Assembly: GCA_964016885.1 (NCBI GenBank) | Contig: OZ024744.1 | Span: 57,784,001 to 57,848,000, forward strand | Source: Eledone cirrhosa | Taxonomy: Eukaryota | DNA length: 64,000 nt | Reading direction: 5' to 3' | Part shown: positions 11,400 to 28,549 of the stretch, piece by piece | Layout of the letters: each line of letters starts with the position of its first letter | Numbering within the stretch: position 1 is the first letter of the stretch | Program-made: the position numbers and the translations under genes | The notes under the pieces: model-generated | Databases searched by the model: none | What the model was told of the DNA's origin: nothing | What the model saw: the letters and a program-made list of their open reading frames with translations, nothing else

Positions 11400-12150
11400 T
11401 TTGCTATTTGCTTATGTTTTGTAACTTAGAGGTTCAATAAAAAGAAATTCCTAAAATATGTACCAGACTGGAAAAATGACTACTGCAATTGATTATAGAT
11501 CAACAAAAAACCATTGAGGGGAAATCATTGCCCCAGCATGGCCACAGTCTAATAATGTTTCTACTTTTGGCACAAGGCCACCAATTACCCCAGTGCATTA
11601 TTAGTGCTTTATTTTATCAACCCATAAGGATGACAAAGTTAAACTCGGTGGGATTTGAACTCAGAACGAAAAGGGCCAAAACATCTTGCTGCAAAGCAAG
11701 GTGTTTGATGCTCCACCAATACTGCCAATCCACTGCCATAGTCTAATAATTGTTTCTACTTTAGGCACAAGGCCAGCAATTATCCAATTGTATTACTGGT
11801 ACTTTATTTTATCGACTCCGTAAGGATGAAAGGCAAAGTTAACCTCGGCGGGATTTGAACTCAGACCATAAAGGGATATAACTTTTTTTTGCTGCAAAGC
11901 ATGGCGTCCGACCCTCTACCGATACTGCCAATCCACCACAGTCTAATAATTGTTTCTAGTATAGGCACAAAGTCAGTAAATTTGGAGGAAGCGGAAGTCG
12001 ATTAAAACAACCCCAGTACATTACTGGTGCTTTATTTTATCGACCATGTAAGGATGAAAAGCAAAGTTAACCTCAGCGGGATTTGAACTCAGACCATAAA
12101 GGGTTGTAACTCCACGCTGCCACAGTCTAATAATGAAATCAGTAAAAGAA
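11400..12150 (-). mobile_element. Tandem cluster of 3-4 SINEs (family with 'gcctttcatcctt..ggggtcgataaaataaagtaccag' central domain)
   Basis: Repeated 'gggatttgaactcaga' (box B, reverse complement) and 'ggcacaaggcca' near 11570, 11765 and 11965. Confidence 0.85.
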
Positions 12151-12554
12151 AGTAGGACCATCAATGGCACCACTTCCCAGAATTAACTAAACTCTGCTGA
12201 AGTTAGAATTGTTGTCAAAGAAGGAAGGAAACCAACACTGTTTCTTTCTGTACTAGATGCACTCAGAAACAGAAATAAAGTGTAATAAACATAAAAAAAT
12301 AAAATAAAATAACAATCAACACCTACAATAAAAAAACAAACAAAAAACAATAGCAGCAACAGTCACACATGAAGTAAAAGAATAAAACAATATATATTTT
12401 GAATTAGAAGAAAAAAAGGTGGCTCCATAAAAGTGGAATGATGCTGTTCATATAAACTAGGCCGGGGGGGGGGGGGTTGACGTGTTGTTTGTATGACCTA
12501 GTTCCTTCAGTTGCACTACAAAAGTTTCTCTGAAGAAAATTTTGGTATTGGTGA

Positions 12555-12855
12555 TTGGTGTGTGGGAGGGGGCGTAGAGACGTGTGTGTGTGTGTGTGTG
12601 TGCATGTATAGGGGATTAGAGATGGGTGTGTGTATGAAGGGAGTTAGAGACGTGTGTTTGGGAGGGGGTAGAGATGGGTGTATGTGTGGAGGGGGTTAGA
12701 GACGGGTGGGTATGTGTGGAGAGGAGGGAGGTGTTTGGAGACGGCGTGTGTGTGGAGGGAGGAGGGGTTTGGGGTAGAGACGGCGTGTGCGTGTGGAAGT
12801 GGTTAGAGACGTGTGTGGAGGGGTTTAGACACGTATGTGTGGAGAGCTAGAGACA
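12555..12855. repeat. Degenerate tandem repeat (ggttagagacgtgtgtgtggagg)
   Basis: Recurring 'tagagac' units. Confidence 0.75.
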
Positions 12856-12997
12856 GAGCAGGCAATTCCAGAGTGGTCGATATTGTGTTGAAAAGTAAAG
12901 TAACTAGGAAGTCATGTGACTCAATGAGATGATCAAAGAGAATTTAGCTAAATCCTGGAAGAAAATCATAAAAAATAAAGACGAAAAAGATTAAAGC

Positions 12998-16148
<3,151 letters not shown>

Positions 16149-16166
16149 TATTATTATTATTATTAT

Positions 16167-17725
16167 TTGCATTTATCTTGCTTTATGTTTATACGAGTTA
16201 TCACCAAGTCACAACCAGTGACCTCAAGAGACAACAAGGTCCGCCATGTTCAAGAAAGAACACACATATTCACACATGCATCCTTAGTGTTTAGACTTGT
16301 GATGTACTTATATTGACAGGATCTTCCTTAGTATATGGGCAGTTCCCATTAGTACTATCTTTTGTATTTCTCCTATACGCGGGTTTCCTGGGATTTGCGA
16401 TAAGTAGTCGTTAGACCCCTTAGGTATCATTCCCAGAGCGCCTACAACCACTGGTATTGTTTTAGTTCTCAATTTCCACATTTTTCCAATTTCTATCTCC
16501 AGGTCCTTATACTTGCTCAATTTTTCAAATGTTTTTATAGATACATTCTTGTCTATTGGAACAGACATATCAATTAGCAGGCATACCCTCCTTTGAAAGT
16601 CCTTCAATATTATATCAGGTCTATTTGCATCTATTTTTCGGTCTGTTTGAATGCTAAAGTTCCACAAGATTGAGATGTGATCTTTTTCAAGTATGGGAGG
16701 TGGTTGATGCTCCCACCAATTCTTTTGATGGGGCAGGTCAAAATGCTTGCACATTATCCAATGTATGTATTGTGCAGCTCTGTCATGCCTGTTTAGGTAT
16801 TCGGTTGGAGCTATAGGACTGCACATTGAAATTATATGGTCAATGGTCTCTGGTTGTTTTTTGCATACACGGCATAATGGGCTGCACCCATTTTTTATTA
16901 TGTTGGCTTGGTAATTTTTTGTTGGCAGACACTGATCTTGTGCGGATATAATCAGTCCTTCAGTCTCCGATTTCAGTCCAGAGGATGCCAGCCACTGATG
17001 GGTTAAAGTTTTGTCAACATCAGGATTGTTAGCTCGTTCTGGGTATTTTCCATACAGAGGCTTTTCTTGCCATTTCTTAGCCAGTTTCTGTAGCAGTTCT
17101 TTCTTTGCAGTTACTTTTACCTGCTTTGCTTTTTCTGTGTTTTCCATTTCAGCAGTAAATGGGACTTCTGAAATTTGTAGTCCATTACTGTATCTTTGTG
17201 CATCTTTTGTAATGGAATATGATCTTTTGGTGCTTTCGTATTTCAAAACGAGTTTGATCATCCAATCATGTGATTCCCTTAGATATGTGGATAATCCAAT
17301 TGTTGCAGTTTTCAACGCAATGTCTAACTGGATTAACCCACGTCCTCCTTCTTTCCTAGGGAGATATATTCTATCTATGTCTGCCTTAGGGTGATGCATT
17401 CTGTGCATGGTTAAGAATTTTCGGATTTTTGTATCGAGCCTACGGATCTCTGTGCTTGACCAGTTGATGACATTGTAACTGTAGGTTACTACTGGTATGG
17501 CAAGCGTGTTTATGGCATCGATCCTATTCCTTGCATTCAATTCCATTCTTAAGATTGCTCTGACTCTGCGGTAACATTCCTTCCTTATCCTTTCCCTCAT
17601 TGTCGAGTGCTTGATTCCGTCTCCTTCACAAACACCTAGATATTTGTAAGTTTGTTCTTGATCAAGCTCTCTTATCACGTTCCCCCGATCAAGATTAATG
17701 TCTGAACTCTTCAGCAGCTTTCCTC

Positions 17726-17726
<1 letters not shown>
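16167..17726 (-). mobile_element. R4/Dong-like element copy 2, more strongly 5'-truncated (ORF 16308-17678)
   Basis: Only a handful of amino-acid differences from copy 1. (TTA)n flanks both sides. Confidence 0.92.
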
Positions 17727-17778
<52 letters not shown>

Positions 17779-17779
<1 letters not shown>

Positions 17780-17833
17780 GCAGTTTCAGTAGAGCGTCAG
17801 ACCCCTATGCTTTGCAGCATAGAGTTATGGCTC

Positions 17834-17903
<70 letters not shown>

Positions 17904-18170
17904 GCAGTTTCAGTAGAGCGTCAGACCCCTATGCTTTGCAGCATAGAGTTATGGCTCTTTATGTTCTGAGTTCAAATCCCACCGATGTTAACTTTCCCTT
18001 TCATCCTTACGAGGTCGATAAAATAAAGTACCAGTAATACACTGGGATCGATTTAATCGACTTTCTCTTCACCTTCAAATTGCTGGCCTTGTGCCTAAAG
18101 TAGAAACAATTATTTCTACTATTATTGGTGGTGGTGTAGTAGTAGTGGTAGTGGTGATGGTGGTGTCGGT

Positions 18171-18205
<35 letters not shown>

Positions 18206-18858
18206 TGTGGTGTAGTAGTGGTGGTGGTGGTAGTAGTAGTAGTAGTATTGTTATTATTAGGATTAGGGCGGTGGATTGGCAGTATCGGTAGAGAGTCGGA
18301 CACCAATCTTTGAAGCATAGAGTTACGTCCCTTTATGATCTAAGTTCAAATCCCGCCGAGGTTAATTTTGCCTTTCATCCTTACGGGGTCGATAAAATAA
18401 AGTACCAGTAATGTACTGGGTAATTGCTGGCCCTGTGCCTAAAATAGAAACAATTATTAGGATGGTGGATTAGCAGAATTGTTAGAGCATCGGATTGTGG
18501 TATTTATTCCAGCTCTTAACATTCCGAATTCAAATTCTACCGAGGTCAACTTTGCCTTTCATCCTTCCGGCATCGATATAATAAAGTACCAGTACTGGTA
18601 TATAATCAACTTTTGCCCTCCCCAAATTTGCTGGCATTGTTCCATTGTTTAGAAAGAATTCCTTCATGTTTATCTGCATTGGCAGTATCGGTAGAGGGTC
18701 GGACATGCTTTCCAGCGTAGTTACGTCCCTTTACGATCTGAGTTCAAATCCAGCCGAGGTTAACTTTGCCTTTCATCCTTAAGGGGTCGATAAAATAAAG
18801 TACCAGTAATGTACTGGGTAATTGCTGGCCTTGTGCCAAAAGTAGAAACAATTATTTT
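17779..18858 (+). mobile_element. Tandem SINE cluster with (ATT)n tails
   Basis: Four or more units of 'ttggcagtatcggtagag...gagttcaaatcc...gcctttcatcc...gtcgataaaataaagtaccag...gctggccttgtgcc...gaaacaattatt'. The SINE head is duplicated at 17779-17836 and 17902-17959. Confidence 0.9.
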
Positions 18859-18899
18859 ATACCATAATAGAGAAAACCTGTTTGCAAAAGCAAAGTGAC

Positions 18900-20720
18900 A
18901 CTAGAAGTGGATGCGGTGAGAGACCAGAGCTTACAGTGTTGCTTTACCTGGATTACTTTACAAGGCAATACCAATCCTCTATTACTTTGTATTGGTATTT
19001 ATGACCGACCAGCCAATGAAGGTACAAACAGATTTTATCATGGTGGTACTTTTATTCTAGTTAGAGTATTCTAAAGGGGAATAGGTATGGCTAGCATAGG
19101 CTACCCATAATTCAAAGTAGTTAACTATACAGACCACAATTTTGTGATAAGTACAGTTGACTTGGATAGGCTTCATAAACAGGAACACAGTTACTGGGAA
19201 CTGAATGCATCCTTTCCAGTGTGGAAAGCCTACAGAGACCAGATTAGTGAATTAGTTAAGCGGGTATTGACGGGGCAATCGTCAACAACAAATGGTGATT
19301 TTCCCTAAAATGGCGATTAGAGGTAGAATTGATAAGGCATATTAAAGGGGTAACAATAGTTAAAAAACTAGAAGAGGCAATTTACAAAGGTATTGCAGCC
19401 AATGTGCATGCAGTAACATTGGCCCTGGACGAATTCTTCAATGCTAAGCATGTTAGAGCTAGGACGCATGCTGTTAGGCATGAGAGGACGAAAGCCATTC
19501 AATGAGCCTGAGTGGCAAACGTGTGGCATAGCAACAAAGCCACAATCTTGTTTTTGGCAAATCATGACTGGTACAAGTTTCTCGACCCCAAGCAGAGGTG
19601 TGCAGTTTTTCAGTAAACCTTCGCTCAACTGTTCAAGAGTAGTAGTGTGCCGGATCACAAGATGGACTTTAGTGTCTACCTCGATGGCCTGCCATGGAAG
19701 CAGAGTATTTTGAAAAGCTGATAACAGCTGTTGGGATATGGGAGGTGAAGACTGGCTGTAAGAAGGGCAAATCGCCTGGTTTGGATGGTCTGATTTGTAA
19801 GCTTTACGTTTATATGCTTGACTTGTTCAGTGACCTTGTGGTAGACATCTACTGCAACTGGTCACAGAATGGGAGAACACCTAGTTCTGTGAGCCATGGA
19901 GTGGTGGCACTGATGAGAAAGGACCTGAACAAGGGGACTATATTGATAATTTTAGGCCCATAACTGTTAAAAGCAGAATTTGGGCCAAGATGTTAGTGAT
20001 GAAATTGTAGGGGAGGTGCAAACATGTGCCATTCCGAATAGATCCATCCATAGCAACCTCCACCTTATGTGATACATCATAGAGAGGGTGCTAAGGAATC
20101 TGGCATGGGTAGGGCCCTGATCAATATAGATCAATTGAAAGCTTTCAATAGAGTCAACCATCGCTACTTGGAAGCAGTTCACAAGGCACCTACAACTGCC
20201 TGACTGTTGTGCCTTCTCCTGTTCCACATCTTACTACACAGCAGCATTTACTCTTTCGATTTTTGTGGAAGGTACAGGTTCCACTGGTCAAGTGGTTTAT
20301 TTGCTGTCAACACCCACTGTCTGAAGGACTGGCCATGACATCGCTGATGATGCACAAACATGTAATGAAGCTACAACATCTCCAACTTTTCCTTGATGGT
20401 GAACAGGTGTAGCCACCATTTGCTAGATATTTTTCCCCAGCTCGCCTCCTTGATGGAGCTGCAGTTCTGTGTCAAGAGAAGACTCTGGGCGAACACATGG
20501 AAACTGGAATATCTTCAAGAACTCACACCCCTCTGCTAATTGGGCAGTACAAAATAAAATGGTGGGTGAAAGTGACATCGTTCTTGAGGAGACTCTGGGT
20601 GTCATTGATAATCAACTAGCAAATCTTTTCCAGAGAACTTTTGGTCCAGGGACAATGGATATCTTCCAGAAATACCTGGCTTGGCATTGTTACCTGGAAC
20701 ATTACCAGTTCGAGATAAAC
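18900..20720 (+). mobile_element. Highly decayed Tx1/L1-like ORF2
   Basis: Fragments YWELNAS, GKSPGLDGL, FRPIT, ICCQHPL and LAWHCY are collinear with 31863-35081. Confidence 0.8.
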
Positions 20721-20726
20721 TCTACA

Positions 20727-21161
20727 GCAAAGGTTCTCAACGGGGGGGGGGGAGTTTCGGAGCTCATGGGGAGTTTGGAAGCACGGGGGCGTTAGGGGAG
20801 GCGTTTGAACCTTTGGAGGACACTAGACTATTTACTTAGGTAAGTTTATAAAGCCATATTTGTACGTCTCTGAGACAGCCAGTGTGAATGCATTTGAATG
20901 AAGAAAACGAAGAAAATAAATAAAAGAAGCTTGTCAACGAATTCCCAAGAGAGATAAAAGAAAAACAAAAGAAATCAAAGAAAATGAAAATAAGGACAAC
21001 TTCAACTTTTACAACAGTTACGAGAACAACAGAAACGACAAGAAAAAGAAGCAATGGTGATGAAAGGTGTGGGTGTATACATATACATACATACAATCAT
21101 ACACACACATGCATACGTACATACATACATACATACATACATACATACATACATACATACA

Positions 21162-21193
<32 letters not shown>

Positions 21194-21235
21194 CACACAC
21201 AGGCCGGCGTTGGTGTTTGATGAGGTTGAGAACCT
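20727..21235. mobile_element. Possible hAT (Charlie-like) MITE
   Basis: Inverted ends caaaggttctcaac ... gttgagaacctg. The same terminus occurs at 29247-29260. Confidence 0.5.
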
Positions 21236-21761
21236 GGTCAGCTTTCAGCCAGAGCTGTGGTATTTAATCTCCCTAGGTAATAAAATCTGGAGTCAAAATT
21301 CTCTCCTTACCCCAAAAAAACAACAATAATCATGTCAACGTCCTTACACACTTAAATATAAATGCATGAATATATACAAATGTATAAATGCATAGCTATA
21401 TACATAGGTAAATGTATATATGTATGTAGATTCATATATATATATATTATATTATACACACACACAGACACATATATATATATTTTTTTTCTTTTTTTCA
21501 GTCTGGTCTACTTTTGGTGGTAGGGTCCGTACCGTAGATAGGACTCAATGTAATCTTGTAAAATCCACAGAGACGTTCTGTTTCGCTGAATTAATTCTTT
21601 AGGTACAGAGTCAGATATTAGGTATTAAATTAACAATGAAAATAAAAACAACAAAATAGTTATAAAGTAACTTGACTTTGTTCTTTTTATTTTCATTGTT
21701 AACTTGATAACACACACACACACGCACACACATGCATACATATATATATATATATATATGT

Positions 21762-21995
21762 ATGCGCAGTGTGACAAGAAGCTTGCTTCCCAACCACATG
21801 TTTCCGGGTTCAGTCCCACTGCCTGGGCCGACCAAAGCCTTGTGAGTGGATTTGATAGACCGAAACTAAAAGAACCGCGTCGTATATATGTATATATGTC
21901 TGTGTGTGTCTTTACGTTTGTGTTTGAACTCCCATCAATCCTTGTTGGTTTGTTGACGTCCCCATAACTTACCAAGGTGATGCTCCAGCATGGGC
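21762..21995 (+). mobile_element. Third SINE family, decayed copy
   Basis: tRNA-like head 'aagaagcttgcttcccaaccacatg...gggttcagtcccactgc'; ends in 'ccagcatgg.cg.agtc' like 11533. Confidence 0.6.
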
Positions 21996-22025
21996 GTAGT
22001 CCAGAAACAAAAAAAAAGTGTATAT

Positions 22026-24292
22026 TAGGCATATTCCTAAAGTACACTTTTGTTAAAAAAATAAATGAGCTTGCCATTTCCAGATGAACTTTTACTAGAA
22101 AATACTTGTGAGCATGTTAAAAAATGTTAGAATTTAAAAAAACTCTTGCACAAGGTAGATTCTTTAACATTGATTAACTAATATAGAATTGCATATACAA
22201 TATACGTGTGTATGTAATAAAAATATAGTGTGCAATTTAACAGTTTATAAAATATAGTATTCTTTTTCAAATTGTTTAATGGATCAACTTTATTGCTTGT
22301 TCATCACATATTTTTCAGTTTAATCTGTTCATAAAACTCATAAAATACATAAATAGAATAAATTAAAATTTGCGAGGTATATTTATTAATATATTTTAAT
22401 ATTTATAATTATATTATATTATTATTATAAATTTCAGATGTATAAAAATCCAGTTGCTAAAGAGGAACGTAAAAAGATTTGGGCACAAAATATTTGTCAT
22501 TTTGAGAAGAGAAAGAAATCTAGGAAAACGAAAATTCGAAGTTCATTAATCGAATTATGCAAGCTACCTACTGAGAGCAACAGATCGTTGATAGATATAT
22601 CACTCTTGCTGCTGAAGAGAAAAATACCAAAAAAAGAATTAAGACATTTACTGGAGAATGTGAAAGTTTATGGGAAAAGTTCAGCTTTCCAACTATCAAC
22701 AAACTTTCAATACCCCGAAAAAGGAAAAAGAAGTGAAAAGACCTGGCTCTGCGAATTTCAATAATCTGTTTGACATTACAAAAAGATATGGGATATGGTT
22801 AGCAACCGAAGATTTGTCATTTTATGAAAAGCAAGTTGAAAGTTGTGGAAAGGTTTGGTATACTACAATGAAAATAGACAGTGAAAAGAAAATCCACCCT
22901 TCTAAGAGAATTAAAAACAAAAAACAAGAACTAGATCATGATAAGCCATCCTGCTCATACATTCATCTGGACTCAAATGAAAGTTACAGTGACACCGATA
23001 CAAATACCAGCGATTACAAACCTTCACCTTCACCTTCACCAGAAAAAAAAAAAACGAAAAAGAGAAAACACAGCTCATGCTGCTAACCTAGTAAGAAATA
23101 CTAAATTACCTGGTAGAAAAACAGCAGCAGTTTGCAACGAATTTAAAAATGGAGCCTTCATTTTGATGGAAAACGAATGAGAGACGTAGAATATCAGGTT
23201 GTAGTGATAAAAAATGATGAGAAAGAAATACGCCTGAGGCCGATGGCATTAACCGATGGAAAGGTTCTTACTATATTTAATGGATTGAAAGAAGTTATTG
23301 ACAAATATGAACTGTGGGAATCTATCATGATGATAGTCTCCGACACAACTAGTGTCAATACCGGCAAAAAGGCAGGAGTTGTTGCCATGTTCAACAGTGA
23401 GTTCACGCGTCACGGTTACAGCAAGCCATTATATGTTGGATGCCAGCACCACATTTTAGACCGAGCATTGAAAGTTTATTTTGATTAACTATATAGTAGC
23501 AAAACAACTTCGCTATATATCAATTATTACTTTGTTGAGGCCATTTTAAAGAACTATGACGAACTGAAGCAGAACATTTCAAATGGAACGACGGAAATTA
23601 ATGAAACCTCGACGCGCTGGAGAAGTGATATGGATTTCCTTCAGCATCTCATGATAGCCGTGCAACATTTCTTTGAAAACGGTGCGTTTCCTAAAATAAA
23701 TTTTTGAGAAATTACCTAATTTGCACAATGTTCGTTGGAATAGCCGAGCAATTTATTTGTTGCTTGGGTTTATTTTGATGCCTGATGAACGAGCGAAGCT
23801 GCGCGCTGGTGCCGAATACATCTGCGGAATGTGGGGGAAAATGTGGTTTTCAAGTCAACTGTATAGAGCTGACACCAAGCAGAAACTCATTGACCAACTA
23901 ATTAAGGCCAAGTGTAAAAAGGCTGCAAACACCGTCAGAAAATTTTGGTCTAATGAAGAATCTCCAATTGTGACGCAACGCTCGAACATTTGCGCTGAGC
24001 GGGCTGTAAAAGTTGTGCAGGACCTTTTGCCATTTTGTAAAAGTAGTAGAACCTTAGAGATTAAATTTTGTTTAACTAATAATTAAAACAAATTTTTTAT
24101 TGTCATAATTTATTGTTTTAGGTATTTATTTTATGGGACTGGTTAATTACCAAAAAATTAAAAATATAATTTAGTATGTGCAAGAATATTTTTCAAAATT
24201 TACAAAAAAATTACTGTAATTCTTTCTTTATGACAAACACCTCATTAGAAAATAGCATGCACATATGGGGTTGTAAAAAAGACATATGCCTA
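22026..24292 (+). mobile_element. Full-length hAT-superfamily DNA transposon (hATm-like) with a decayed transposase
   Basis: 9-bp TIR taggcatat/atatgccta and a perfect 8-bp TSD GTGTATAT (22018-22025 and 24293-24300). Confidence 0.9.
22438..24086 (+). pseudogene. hAT-type transposase pseudogene
   Basis: Fragmented ORFs with SDTTSVNTG, CQHH (CxxH), HNVRWNSRA (RW) and NICAERAVK (catalytic E); stops and frameshifts. An acceptor tttcag precedes 22438. Confidence 0.85.
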
Positions 24293-24370
<78 letters not shown>

Positions 24371-24393
24371 CTCTGTGTGTGTGTGTGTGTGTA

Positions 24394-24567
24394 GAAGAGG
24401 GATCTCAAACCCAAGGACATAAAAGGGCCATTACGTCCTGGAGGAGAGGCACTGAGCCAAACGTTGTGGTGGGTGATGATTTTCACCAGTTATAATGGAA
24501 TATGAAATATTGGTTCTACCACGGGCCATAGAAAAGAGGTTCGCGGGCCGCATGTTTAAGCCACCTG
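24394..24567. mobile_element. Possible small hAT MITE remnant
   Basis: Ends 'agggatctcaaac' ... 'gcgggccgcatgtttaagccacctg' resemble Charlie-type termini (recalled). Confidence 0.3.
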
Positions 24568-24584
24568 TTGGTGAGATAGATACA

Positions 24585-27500
24585 TTTCTTTATTAGCCAC
24601 AAGGGCACAAAAGAAGGGGACAAATACAAATGGGGAGTTTACATACAGGTATATGAGAATAAAACTATTACTAAAACAACAAATAACAATTGAAATCCCC
24701 AATAGGGGGGAGGTGTTACACAGGGGTTGTACACACCCCGAAAAATTGTATAACCCTCATCTCCAGGAGTGAGTACTCCCTTCCACTCTTCCTCTTTTTC
24801 CTCAACCTACAGGCTTATATAGAGAGAAGGCCCAACCACTCGGGCCTTCTTTGCCACATTCAGCCACCTTTCATAAAATTTGCTGGGGTACAACACCTCT
24901 CTCTCCATCCTGATTCTTCTTCCAAAATGATATTTGAAAAAACGAATCAGTTGTTCGCCTTTTGTTCAGCCCTTTTAACCTCGTCCCCCATATAACCTCT
25001 TTCACCATAGCCATAACACATAGGAAAAACGCCTCTCCTTCGTTTTTGAAGGAGGGTGGCGGTTTGATCATGACAATGGACTCGGTGGTCAACTGGATTG
25101 GTCCCACCCGCGATAATAGTCGTTCTACATAGCCCCACAGGTTGGTAACGCCCGGGCAGTGTACAAATGCGTGCGCGACGGTTTCCTCGTCGCGCACGCA
25201 TCTCGGACAGATCTTTTACGAAGGGTCCCTGCCCGGGCGCCCATGTCTGTAGATCTTGTCTCGAACTGGTAGAACTCTCGGTAGCACTGCCAGGCCAGGG
25301 ACTTTTGGAAATTGTCCATCGGTCCCGGGCGGAAGGTCCTACCGAACAGACTGGCCAGTTCGTCCTCCTCTATGCCCAGAGTTTCTCCGAGCGCGTCGTC
25401 GCACAAGCTGCGGACCAACCCTCTATAGAATGACGAAGTGGAGTCTTCACTGATCGCCGGGTTGTTTGCCAGAGGACTGAGCGCCTGAGCACATTCGATG
25501 TGCCAGTCGCCCATTTTCCTCGGTATTTGCTTGACCCAGGACTGCAGCTCGGTCAGCGAGACGAGTCGTGGGAAGGCTCGCCTCACGAACGGAGCCCACA
25601 CCGGTTGTCCGGTGAGGAATACGTTGAGGTGCTGCAGCCTGAGCGCGTGTTTGCGCATCGTCAACCACGGCATCCCCAGCCCTCCGTTTGAAGGGTGTTG
25701 GCAGCAGATGGATCTTCTCACCAAAGGAGCCCGTTTCTTCCAAAGGAATTGGAAGAGCGCGCGCTCCATTTTGTTGAGCGTTTTGGCTGGACAAGGCACG
25801 ACGGTCAAGCGGTAGTAGATGACGGACGCTATAAAAGTGTTCGCCACCTCCGCTCGACCTTTCAAGGATAGTTTGCACTCGGCCCACTTCTGGGTGAGCG
25901 CAAACAACTTGGCCGTCACCTCGTTCCAGTTTTTCTCCACCTGGAGGTCAGGACCAAACCAAACCCCGAGCAGCTTTACCGGTCCTTCCGTCCAGCGTCT
26001 GACGACACCATCGGAGGCATTGGTTTGCCTCTCCACGTTCCGAGTTGCAAACCGACGGACTTGTCCCGGTTCAGCTTCGCTCCTGTGAAACTTTCGTATT
26101 CCTTCAGTAAGGTGCCGACCTCCCGGATTTGTGAGGTGCTCGACACCATTACTGTCAGGTCGTCGACTTAGGACAACGCTGCTTTTCGCAGTCCCTGTTC
26201 CAAAGGGATGCCCTGCAATAGCTCCAACTTCCGCGGTAGTGGCTCGAGAGTCAGTACGTACAGAAGGGAGGAGAGAGGGCATCCCTGTCGGATGGATCGC
26301 GTGATATAGAACGGCTCCGAGAGGTAGCCGTTCACCTTGACCCTTGAGCAGATGTTGCTGCTGTGCATTGCAGCAATCCAACCCCTGAACACGGGTGCGA
26401 CGCCTGGCGCCTGGAGCACTGCATCCAGGTAACGTTGGTCAACCCTATCGAAAGCCTTAGACTGATCCAAGTTGATCAGGGCCCCACCGAAGCCGGGTTT
26501 ATACCCTACCCTCTCTATGATGTATCGCATGAGGTGGAGGTTGTCGTGTATGGAACTGGTCTGGATTGCGCATGTCTGCGATTCTCCCACCAGGTTTTCG
26601 ACGACAAGCGCCAGCCTCTTTGCCAACACCTTGGCCAAAATATGTAACTCTGTGTTTAGCAGAGTTATGGGCCGGAAGTTGTCGTCCCTTTATTCTCGTC
26701 CTTCCTGACTAACGTGACTACGCCCTTGGTCACAGAACTGGGAATTCTCCCATTCTGCTACCAGTTGCAGTAGACCGTTTCCAGGAGACCGGAGAACAAG
26801 TCCGGCATTGCTACGTAAAATTCGTATGGAGTCAAGTAGCAAGCGTCCGTCTTGGTCCTTCAAAGATCGAATCGTGGACTTGTTGCCACTTTTCGCCTCT
26901 GTCACTCGGGCCTAGCTAACAGCTTTCGTTGCCTCGTTTCCCAGAGTACGTATTTTGCTCCTGACAACGCAACCTTTGTGCTTTGCGTCGAAGAACTGGT
27001 CCAAGGCCGTTATCATCGCAAGCACGCTGGCTCCGTTGCCACTCCTAAGTGCCTCTTCTACTTTATCTACCAGTTCCTCTTCGGTCTTATTTCTATCTAA
27101 CACTAATTCTTTACTAAAACCTATCGAGTCTAATCTGAATGCCCTCTTAAGAGAGTACCATCATCTGTTGTTGACAATGGCCCCCGTCAAGTGCTGCTTA
27201 ACTAAAGTGCTAATCCGTCCGGCTTTGCAAGTCGGTAACGACAAGTTCAGCTTCCAGTAGCCGAGTCCCTGTCTATGGGTTCTATCAAGGTTGACTAAGT
27301 AGGTCACTAGTTTGTGATCTGAATAGGCAACCATGAACATTTGTGGGCAGCTTAACATGTCCCTATCACTAACTCTAACTAGAAACCTATCTAGGTACGA
27401 TCTAGATGTTCCGCTGTGGTTGTTCCACGTCCACAGTGGCACAGTTGGAAAATCTAGTCGATATCTATCGGCCATATGAAATCGGCCGATTAACTGTTTG

Positions 27501-28400
27501 AGGCTGTTACAACCCCTCTATCGGGACATGCTCCCACATAGTCGCAACCTGCATCTAGGATTCCATTCCAGTCCCCCACTAACAGCAGGGAGCGGGACGT
27601 TCCCAGAAAGGTCTCTAGACGTTTGAAGAAGTCTGGCCGCGGTGTCCCGGATGGGGCATAATCAACCACCAGCCTTAAGGCTCCACCTTCCCTACCGTCA
27701 ACGTCTAGGACCACTAGTCGACCCTCCGGGTCCAGATGTACCGTCTGTGTTACGAGGTCCAGGTGTTTCCGCAGCAAAACAGCAACCCCGCCCCCACCTC
27801 CCGGCTGACAGAGAGATGCGTAGATCTCAAAGTCGTCGAAGATGGGGGGGCCAGTTGTCGCTCGCTGTGGATCCTGGACTCGCAAATGGCTACTACATCC
27901 ATACTGTGCGACCTGAGGTCTTTTAAGAGTTTGCCCTGTTTCCAGGGCATCCCCAGGCCGCGTACATTCACACATCCAACTCTTATATTGGCCATGTTGG
28001 TTCTGAAAAGTTAAAAGAAGAGGAAAAGAAATCACTCACCTCTTCGTCTCCTGGGGACCAGGCTGCACAATTTCCTTGGGGGTGTTGGAGGGGTTGTTTG
28101 GTGTGGTGGTGGTTTCTGGCGGGGTGGGGACGGAGATGCTTGGTGGGAGGGGGTGTCTGGGGGGATGGGGGTTTCTGGGGTGGGGGTGGGGAAACATTTT
28201 AAAAGGACGCGGTTAATGGGTTTAACGCAAGGATTACCCACGTCCTTAGGAATGTTTTTCTTTAAAGACTTATAGGTGTCCGTGGAGACCCTAATCATCT
28301 TTAAATTGGGTCTGTCTAAACAGTTCGAAAAAGTTTTCCCTTCGGTTTTCACCGAAGGGTCGTAGGAGATGACCTCCATTAAGGTTTTGTTTTCACTGTT
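24585..28400 (-). mobile_element. Tx1/L1-like LINE: ORF1 C-terminus plus complete but disrupted ORF2 (APE-RT-CCHC)
   Basis: MANIRVGCVNVRGL (27995), LVGDWNGILD, SYLDRF, SDH, LDQSKAFDRVD, RQGCPLS and KLLGVWF; many frameshifts. Confidence 0.92.
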
Positions 28401-28464
28401 TAGAGATATATAGATAGACGTGTACCAAACACACATTTCCTACTCTCTCTGTCTCTCCCTCTTT

Positions 28465-28539
<75 letters not shown>

Positions 28540-28549
28540 GTTGTTATTT

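Noticed and set aside
21565-21610. Minus-strand CUAAAGA...GAAAC...GUC
   Set aside because: The core is mutated and there is no stem I pairing.
23779-23810. CUGAUGA...GAAG hammerhead-like text
   Set aside because: It lies in transposase coding sequence and lacks GAAA and the required stems.
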